Shown here in pieces: positions 54,890 to 64,000 of a stretch of DNA of 64,000 nucleotides. A model generated the notes under the pieces. The model was given only the letters and a program-made list of their open reading frames with translations. It was not told the origin of the DNA and did not search any database. This DNA is from Hypanus sabinus. Its lineage: Eukaryota. A program made the position numbers and the translations under genes. The stretch is from NCBI RefSeq assembly GCF_030144855.1, contig NC_082717.1:85932001-85996000 (forward strand), read 5' to 3'. The stretch's first letter is position 1, and each line of letters begins with the position of its first letter.

Positions 54890-57250
54890 TACAGCTCTCA
54901 AAATGAGTACCAACATTGTATTTGTACTCAACCTCCAAGTTAACCTTCAGGAAATCCTGCACAAGAACTCTCAAGACCCTTTGCAGCTCTAATTTTAAAG
55001 TTTTCTCTCCAGTTATTCCCTCTACCAAAGTGTATGGTTCACTGCACCATATTTCATCTGGTCACTTCTTTGCTTATTCTCCCAATCTGTTGAAGCTTTT
55101 TTGCCCAGTCCCTGTTTCCTCAACACTACCTGCCCCTCCATCTATTGTATCATCTGCAAACTTGGCCACAAAGCTATCAATTCCATCCTCAAAATCACTG
55201 GCATATAATGTGAAAAGAAGCTGTCCCAACACCAACTACTATGGGACACTACTTATCATAAGCAGGCAACCAGAAAAAGACCCATTTATTCCCACTCTTT
55301 GCTGCCTGCCAGTCAGCCAATCTTCTATCCATGCTTGTTTATTTCCTGTAATACCATGGGCTCTCATCTTGTTACAGCCATATGTCCAGCACCTCGTCAA
55401 AGGCCTTTTGAAAATCCAAGTAAACAATATCCCCTGACTCTTTGTCGTCTATTCTGCATGTTATTTCCTTTAAGAATTCAAACACAATTTCCTTCCTCTA
55501 CACCCCTCTTTCCTTTAAGAGTGGAGTGAATTTACAATGTTCTATTCCTCAGAAACCATTCCAGAATCTAATGATTCCGGAATGATCATTACTAATACCT
55601 CCACTATCTATTCAGCTATATCTTTCAGAACCCTGGGGTGCAAGTCCATCTGGTCCAGGTGATAAATCTGGTTTAGACCTTTCAGCTACCGCAAGCATCC
55701 CCTCCTTAGTAATAGCAGCTGCACTCAATTCTGAATTTCTGACATACATCTTCTACCTTCCACAGTAAACACTGATGTAAAATACTTCTTCAGTCTGTAC
55801 AATGTTTCTTTGTCCCCCATTACTACCTCTTCAGCATAATTTTCCAGTGGTCTGAAATCCACTCTTACCTCTCTTTTACTCTTTACATATCTGAAAAAAA
55901 CTTCTGGTATCCTCTGATATTACTGGCTAGCTTAACTTCATATTTCATCTTTTCCCTCCTTATGACTATCTTTAGTTCCCTTCCTGTTGGTTTTTAAAAG
56001 CTTTCCAACCCACTATTTTTGCTATATGTTCTCTATTCCTTTTATTCTGTCTTTGACTTCCCTCGTCTACCATGGTTGCCTCATCATTCCTTTACAATAC
56101 TTCATTTTTGGGATTTATCTATCTGGTGCCTTCCGAATTGCCCAGCAGGATCTCCAGCCACTGGTGTTCGGCTGTCATCCTAGCTAGTACCCCTATCCAA
56201 CCAACGTTGGTCAGCTCCTTTCTTATACCCATGGTATTCCCTTTACTCCACTGGTACAGTGATACATCTGACTTCAGCTTCTCCCCCTCAAAATAGAGTC
56301 AATTCTATATTATGATCACTGTTTCCTAAGGGTTCCTTTACTTTAAACTCCTTTATCAAATCCAGTTCATTACACAACACCCAATCCAGAACAGCTGATC
56401 TCCTAGTGGTCTCAACCACAAACTGCTCTAAAAAGACATCTTGTAGGCATTCTATAAATTTGCTCTCTTGGGATTCAGCATCAACCTGATTTTCTCAATC
56501 TAACCTGTATATTGAAATCCCCCATCTTTATCATAACAGTACCCTTTTTACATGCCTTTTCTATCTCCCGCTGTAATTCGGAGGCTGTATACAACTCCAA
56601 TCAAGATCTTCTTACCTCAGCACCGGACTCCAGAGCGAAGGTTCCTGAGTTTGAACTCAGTCAGGCTGCTCCCGGGCACGCTTTCCACCCGTGCCGGGTT
56701 CAGTGTTGAGTTCACAACTCAGCCTCATAAAAAAACAATAACTGCGCTGTGAGGATGTGGGAGACCACTCACAGAATCTTTCCTCCAAGACAACCACTTG
56801 AGAAAAAAAAAGGTCGCCGAGGCTCTGGCAGAGTATAGCACACAAAAAAAAACCCAACTCCTCTAATCAAGATCTTCTTACCTTGCAGTTTCTTATTGCT
56901 GTCCACATGGCTCGTTCTAAGAATTTGATTTTATTTTCTTTTTTTAACCAACAGAGCTGCCCCATACCTTTTGCCTACCTGCCTATCCTTTCAATACAAG
57001 ATGTATTATTGGATGTTAAGCTGGTAACTATGACTTTTCAGTCACGACTCAATGACGTCCACAACGTCATACCTGCCAATGTGTAACTATGCTACAAGAT
57101 GATCTACCTTGCTGTACACTGCATGCTTTTGAATATAACAATTTTAGTCCTGTATTCATCACCATTTTCAATTTTGCCATCATGTTATATTTTAACTCAT
57201 CCCACTGACTGCAAATTTTTTCCCTACCATCTGCCTGTCCTTCGTACCAA
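54890..57250 (-). mobile_element. Old CR1 ORF2, degenerate
   Basis: Minus strand MRAHGITGNKQAWIEDWLTGRQQRVGINGSFSG, KFADDTIDGG and GDFNIQV; related to the 1-3170 subfamily. Confidence 0.88.
56618..56864 (+). mobile_element. 5'-truncated tRNA-SINE in CR1 with 19-bp TSD
   Basis: TSD aatcaagatcttcttacct at 56599-56617 and 56865-56883. B-box-like gagtttgaactc; A-rich end. Confidence 0.75.
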
Positions 57251-57899
57251 CTAAACCTAGCTGCTAAAATATGGATTGTGTTTGGAAATGCTGGTAGTCA
57301 TGCAGGAAATAAATCTGACCAGGGAAATGGCGAAAAGTCTCACAACGTGAGAAGGCGTGGGATCTAAGTTTTTCAGATGCTGTACTGAAGGCCTCAAGGT
57401 GAAGGAGTTGCAACATAGGAAAGATGCACTGAATTCATTCACATAGGGTCAGAATACCCTGTTAATTTATACTCAAATCTAAATGAGATAAGATAGTCAC
57501 GAAGCTAGCCAAAATCCAAAGATTAGGTGCAGCCTTTGAATATTTTTAAAGCACAGGTAGATAGATCATTGACAGTGAACGATTAGTGTGGGTAAACTGG
57601 AATATAGAGTCAAGGTTACAATTAGATCAGATGTGATTTTAATAAATGGGTCAAGGGACCATGGCTCACTCCTGCTCCTACCCCAACCGTTCACACTTAG
57701 CAATTCAAGATGTTCAATTAGCTTTTGAATGATCACACTAAGATAAAGGGGCCCACAGGAACATCCATATCTGGGATCTTTCTGGCTGCTGACCCTGATA
57801 ATACCTCATTGAACAAGGTAATGGCATTGTGTTCAAAATGGAAGCATCCATGGTTTTAGTAGATTGTCATGACAAGCTAGTGATAAGCGAATGCATTTT

Positions 57900-59860
57900 C
57901 AAATTCAGAATCAGGTTTATCATCACCGGCATGTGTCATGAAATTTAACATAGAAGTTCAACGCAATACATAATATAGGAGAAGAAAAAAATAGTAAGTC
58001 AATTATAGCATACGTATACTGAATAGATTAAAAATCATGCAAAAACAGGAACAATATATAGTAAAAAAGTGAGGTAGTGTTACTGGGTTCAACTTCCATT
58101 TAGGAATCAGATGGCAGAGGGGAAGAAGCTGTTTCTGAATCGCTGAGTGTGTGCCTTCAGGCTTCTGTACCTCCTACCTGATGGTAACAGTGAGAAAAGG
58201 GCATGCCCTGGGTGCTGGGGGTCCTTAATAATGGAGGCTGCCTTTCTGAGACACCACTCCTTGAATATTTCCTGTGTGCTTTGTAGGCTAGTACCCAAGA
58301 TGCAGCTGACTAAATTTACGACCCTCTGCAGCTTCTCATGGTCCTGTGCGACAGGCTTCCCATACTGTACAGTGATGCAGCCAGTCAGAATGCTCTCCAC
58401 AGTACATCTATAGAAGTTTTTGAGTGTTTTTGTCAACATACCAAATCTCTTCAAACTCCTAATGAAGTACAGTTGCTGTATTGCTTTCTTTATAGCTGCA
58501 TTGATATGTTGGAACTAGGTTTGGTCCTCAGAGATCCCAGGAACTTGAAACTGCTCACTCTCTCCACTTCTGATTCCTCTATGAGGATTGCTATGTGTTC
58601 CTTCGTCTTACCCTTCCTGAAGTCCACAATCAGCTCTTTCGTCTTACTGACATTGAGTGCCAGGTTGTTGCAGACACCACTCCACTAGTTGGTATACTTC
58701 GCTCCTGTATGCCCCCTCATCTCCATCTGAGATCCTACCAACATCAACAAATCTATAGATGGCATTTGAGCTATGCCTAGCCACACAATCTTGGATATAG
58801 AGAGGGTAGAGCAGTGGGCTAAGCACACACCCCTGAGGTGCACTAGTGTTGATCATCAGTGAGGAGGAGATATTATCACCAATCTGCACAGAGGCCCAGG
58901 TTCTGTAACTTAACAATTAGGATTGTGGGAACGATGGTGTTAAATGCTATGCTATATTTGATGAACAGCATCCTGACGTAGGTGCTTGCATTGTCCAAAG
59001 TAGTCTAAGGCCGTGTAAAGAGCTATTGAGATTATGTCTGCTGTTGACCTATTGTGGTGATAGGTAAATTGCAGTGGGTCCAGGTGCTTGCTGAGGCAGG
59101 AGTTCAGTCTAGTCATGACCAACCTCATTTCATCACTGTAGATGTGAGTACTACTGGGTGATAGTCATTAAGGCAGCTCACATTATTCTTCTGAGGCACT
59201 GGTATAATTGCTGCCTTCTTGAAGCAAGTGGGAACTTCCGCCTGTAGCAGTGAGAGGCTGAAAATGTCCTTGAATACTCTCGCCAGTTAGTTGGCATAAG
59301 TTTTCAGAGCCTTACCAGGTACTCCGTCAGGGCCTTCCACCTTGCGAGGGTTCACCCTCTTTAAAGACAGCCTTCCTCTGAGACAGAGATCACAGGGTCA
59401 TCAGGTGCAGCAGGGATCTTCGCAGCTGTAGTTATATTCTCCCTTTCAAAGTGGGTGCAGAAGGTGTTGAGTTCATCTGTTCGTGAATCTGTTCATTCAT
59501 GCCATTTGGTTTCACTCTGTAGGTAGTAACAACTTGCCAACCCTGCCAGAGTTGTTGTACATCTGATGTCGCCTCCAACCTCGTTCGAAATTGTCCCTTC
59601 GCTCTTAAAATAGCCCTCTGCAAGTCATACCTTTTTTCTGGTACTAACCTGGGTCGCCAGACTTGAATGCCACAGATTTAGCCTTCAGCGGACGACATAC
59701 CTCCTGGTTCATCCACTGCTTTTGGTTTGGGAATGCATAGCAAGTCTTTGGAGGCACACACTCATCCACACAGGCTTTAATTAGTCGGTAACAACTGCAG
59801 CATACTGCAGGTTCGAAGATGAATCGGTCTAGACTGCCGATTCAAAGTAGTCCTATAAGC
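57900..59860 (-). mobile_element. Rex1/Babar LINE, degenerate
   Basis: Minus strand INTSAPQGCVLSPLLY, IYRFVD, NFYRCTVESILTGCIT and LLPSGRRYRSLKAHTQRFRNSFFPSAI; tail gataaacctgattctgaatttga. Confidence 0.9.
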
Positions 59861-60934
59861 GCATAACCTATATGAATTGTACATTAATTTCAACCAGTGC
59901 TCAATTCACAAAACTTATGTCACTCATCAACCAACAACCTCTGTCACGTTCACTGACATTCACACAACTACAATAAATCTAGCAAGTTGCTTTCATTGTT
60001 AGCTAATCAACCATGACTGTCACACAACTTTCAATGTCACATTTCTCTTTCTCCTGCAAGACCACATGGCACTAAAACTGGAATTGTCAAGAATCAATTG
60101 GAGAAGGATTGGCCTAATGGGATGTTCTAAAATGCATGAAAAAAATATGTGCAAGTTATTGCCAGGAAGGAGCTGAATCAATTAAAGACAATGATTTCCT
60201 CACACCTAACCTTTCTCAACAATCTCAGCTGTTTTACTAACTCCAATAAATGTTAGCACTCACTTCTTTCATCACACTCATACCCATTGATCTCTCTACT
60301 ATCTTCACATCTTGTGCATTTATTCTGAGAGAATCTTGAGCAGTGCTATTTGGCTTGGCAGAGGATGAACAAAAAGACATTCACAAGGAAGGAGTGCACC
60401 AAATAGATGCCTTCATTAGCTTGTATACAAAAGCTGCAGGGAATTTGGAGTAAAGTATCCAGGCGAGATGTGCACCTGCTAAGTCACCAAACACTTGGTC
60501 TGCAGCAAGATCAGGGACAGGTGATAGCAAAGGCACGGGGCTTGAGTGCGAACCTCCAAAGGGCATGCTATAGAAGAAAGGCACAATGAATTACTTGGTA
60601 CACTGCAAATCCTGCTAAATATTCTTAGTTCATTGTCCGGAAAACGGAGCAATCTGGCAAAAAATGAGCTTCAATAAGTTAGAGCTCATTCTTTGCGATG
60701 TGAAAGTGATGGCCAATTCAATAGCAAACCCAAACAATGCAGTTTAGAAGCCAAAGTAATAATTGTAACAGCCATTCAATGCCCAAGTATCACAGTAAAA
60801 CCATAAGACATAGTTGAAGTTCAGAGTACTGACAAGCAATATCAACTTGCTGTTATGGAAATTCAACCTTCTGCTATCAGTGGAGTGGGTTTTTAATATG
60901 TAAAGGGAATTAACAGTGTTAGCAGTACAGAACC

Positions 60935-62478
60935 CCTCCCACACCTGGAACCACCACGGTGGGCTTCACAGCTGAAACGTCTCCACCCAAGCAAGGCTGC
61001 AGTCCTGGATGGTGTCAGCCCCAGGGTGCTCAAAGCCTGTGGCCTCCAGCTATATGGAGTACTTCACCATGTCTTCAACCTGAACCTGAGGGTTCCTGTG
61101 CTGTGGAAGACGTGCTGCCTCGTTCCTGTCCCGAAGACACTGCACCCCAATGGCTCCAATGACTACAGACTGGTGGCATTGACCTCCCACATCATGAACA
61201 CCCTGGACAGACTTATTCTAGAGCAGCTCCGGCCTATGGTTAGGCCACACTTAGACCCCCTCCAGTTCGCCTACCAACCCTGACTAGGAGTTGAGGATGC
61301 CATCGTCTACCTGCTGAACCGTATCTACGCCCACCTGGACAAGCCGGTGAGCACTGTGAAGGTCATGTTTTTTGACTTCTCCAGTGCGTTCAATACCATC
61401 CGCCCTGCTCTGCTGGGTGAGAAGCTGACAGTGATGCATGTGGGTGCTTCACTGGTGTCATGGATTATTAATTACTTGACTGGCAGACCACAGTACGTGC
61501 GCTTGCAACACTGTGTGTCAGACAGAGTGGTCAGCAGCACTGGGGCTCCATAGGGGACTGTCCTGTCTCCCTTTCTCTTCACCATCTACACCTTGGACTT
61601 CAACTACAACACAGAGTCTTGCCATCTTCAGAAGTTTTCTGATGACTCTGCCATAGTTGGATGCATCAGCAGGGGAGATGAGGCTGAGTACAGGGCGACG
61701 GCAGGAAACTTTATCACATGGTGCGAGCAAAATCATCTGCAGCTTAATGTGAAAAAGACTAAGGAGCTGGTGGTGGACCTGAGGAGGGTTAAGGCACTGG
61801 TGACCACGGTTCCCATCCAAGGGATCAGTGTGGACATTGTGGAGGATTACAAATACCTGGGGATACGAATGGACAATAAAGTGGACTGGTCAAAGAACAA
61901 TGAGGCTGTCTACAAGAAGGGTCAGAGCCGTCTGTTTCCTGAGGAGACTGAGGTCCTTTAACATCTGCCGGACGACGCTGAGGATGTTCTACAATCTGTG
62001 GTGGTCAGTGCTATCATGTTTGCTGTTGTGTGCTGGGACAGCAGGCTGAGGGTAGCAGACACCAACAGAATCAACAAACTCATTTGTAAGGCCAGTGATG
62101 TTGTTGGGGTGGAACTGGACTCTCTGACGGTGGTGTCTGAAAAGAGGATGCTGTCCAAGTTGCATGCCATCTTGAACAATGACTCCCATCCACTCCATAA
62201 TGTACTGGTTAGGCACAGGAGTACATTCAGCCAGAGACTCATTCCACCGAGATGTAACACTGAGCGTCATAGGAAGTCATTCCTACCTGTGGCCATCAAA
62301 CTTTATAACTCCTCCCTGAGTCAACAGGCTGTCCTGGACTTATTTCCACTTGGCATGATTAACTTACTATTATTTAATTATTTATGGTTTTGTATTACTA
62401 TATTTCTTCACTATTCTTGGTGCGGCTGTAACGAAACCCAATTTCCCTCGGGATCAATAAAGTCTGTCTGTCTGTCTG
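60935..62478 (+). mobile_element. Rex1 LINE, 5'-truncated, relatively intact
   Basis: DYRLVALTSHIMNTLDRL, MFFDFSSAFNTI, QKFSDDSAIVG, LNVKKTKELVVD; ends gggatcaataaa(gtct)n. Confidence 0.92.
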
Positions 62479-64000
62479 AAATTCCAAAAATACATATTGC
62501 TGGAATGTAGCTGCTAGTGGCTCTGTAGAACATAAACACATTGACCTCTCTTAAGAACATACATGCCCTCCCACACCCATCACATAGGTGGTATCCTTCC
62601 TATCACCTGTCAAGACACCTAGTCCAGATGGCCATCAGCCATCCCAAGGTAGTGCAGCAAATAGCGGTCATGTATGCCCAGAGCTTAGAGGCCAGCTTCA
62701 AAACTTGTCTTAAACCTCCTACAAAAGTCATCAACAACCTTCCACCTGGCACAGTGCAGCCATTATGATAGTACAGTACAATGAGTTAAAACACAGGAAG
62801 AAAAGGCACTGTGGGTGCACTAGAGTGATTAGTTAACCTTCATATGCAAAATCAAATGATCTAATTTGTAAATTTGTCCAGGATATCTGTTTGTGACAAG
62901 CTTTCATTTTGCACTGTGGCCATGTGGATGGGGAGAAGATCAATGACGTGTAGAAGAATGCAATGCCGTCAGTTATCTGAGGAACAAGCATTAATGATCT
63001 GTCTTTGTGATGAAGGTTATAGGGGTGGGGTGGTAGAGTGGTGAGTGGGAAACTCAGAATTGACACAAATATTTAAGGTTGGAAGCAGTCAGATCAACCT
63101 TTATTACTTCATTAATCTGTCAGCCTCTCACAAGATCTTTAACATGCAAGCTGCTGTAGGTTTCCATGAGGAGATCAGTGAAACACAGGCTACACATTCT
63201 TCATGAGGTTCTATGACACATGTTCATTTAACAAATTGGGTAAATATAGTCTCTATTTCAGAAACCTCCTTAAGATTCTGTGGACATACTGTTCATGTTG
63301 CATTCAAGTCAGGTGCCTACTGGTGTACCTTTGCCACATACCAACAACCTTCAACAACTACCACCATTTGCAATTTGAAACAAGCTCTAAAAGTTAACCA
63401 AATACATGTAGAATAAAAACAAGAGGCAGAAGAAATCAACCAGAACTAAACTACAAAAGTCCTTTTAAATAACATCACTGGGGTGGGTTTTTCAGTTGCA
63501 ATATGCACATAACATGGTTTGAGGTATGGTGATGACTTCCAAAATAAAAGGTGTGCTAGTGGTATAACAGCATTGCATGTTGATTGATTTCATGACATCT
63601 GATCTGGATATTTCTGTCAGACATTCACTGTATTTGCACACCAATCTCACCAGTGACACTGGGTGCAAATTACGCAACTAATATGCATGGATGCCTTTTC
63701 TGGAGCTTTAAGGATACCCACTGCATCCCAAAAATGGACAGTAATAATTCCAGTTACTCATAGCTATTATTCATTATTGGCTAGTTATGGGATGCACTTC
63801 CTCTGGAATATAACCTTTTCTTTACATTATGAACAGGGGACAATATTAAACCAGTTAAAAAAATTGGACGTACAACTCTTCATAAAAGGAGATCAGTTCA
63901 GGCAGATCATAAAGGTGAAAATTCTCAAATCATTTAAGGAACTTATTAATGGAAAGGGGAACTGTTGTGTCTTTCTGAATGGATGACTCAAAAACTGATC

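Overview
Vertebrate genomic DNA, most likely from a cartilaginous fish (shark or ray, inferred from the repeat landscape). The window lies inside the minus-strand gene STXBP5 (tomosyn-1). Six exons were recovered with GT-AG boundaries and a continuous reading frame: 63, 60, 48, 51, 240 and 370 nt. They cover the alternatively spliced hypervariable region and part of the second WD40 propeller. I found no flanking exons, so they appear to lie outside the window. The introns are packed with nested transposons: CR1 and Rex1/Babar LINEs, three Tc1 elements each interrupted by a CR1, Tigger and mariner MITEs, tRNA-derived SINEs, and many Penelope-like element (PLE) remnants. Most notable: (i) short, TSD-flanked PLE-derived insertions carrying minimal type-I hammerhead ribozyme motifs, one with an intact core at 46982-47020, some arranged as long hairpins; (ii) splicing features of the tomosyn hypervariable region, namely an in-frame stop-free 90-nt intron, QKI/RBFOX motifs and a candidate 36-nt microexon; (iii) an inverted pair of same-family Tc1 elements bracketing the 51-nt cassette exon. 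There is one assembly gap (1412-1548). Boundaries of old repeats are approximate, and all homology calls are from recalled sequences, not database searches.
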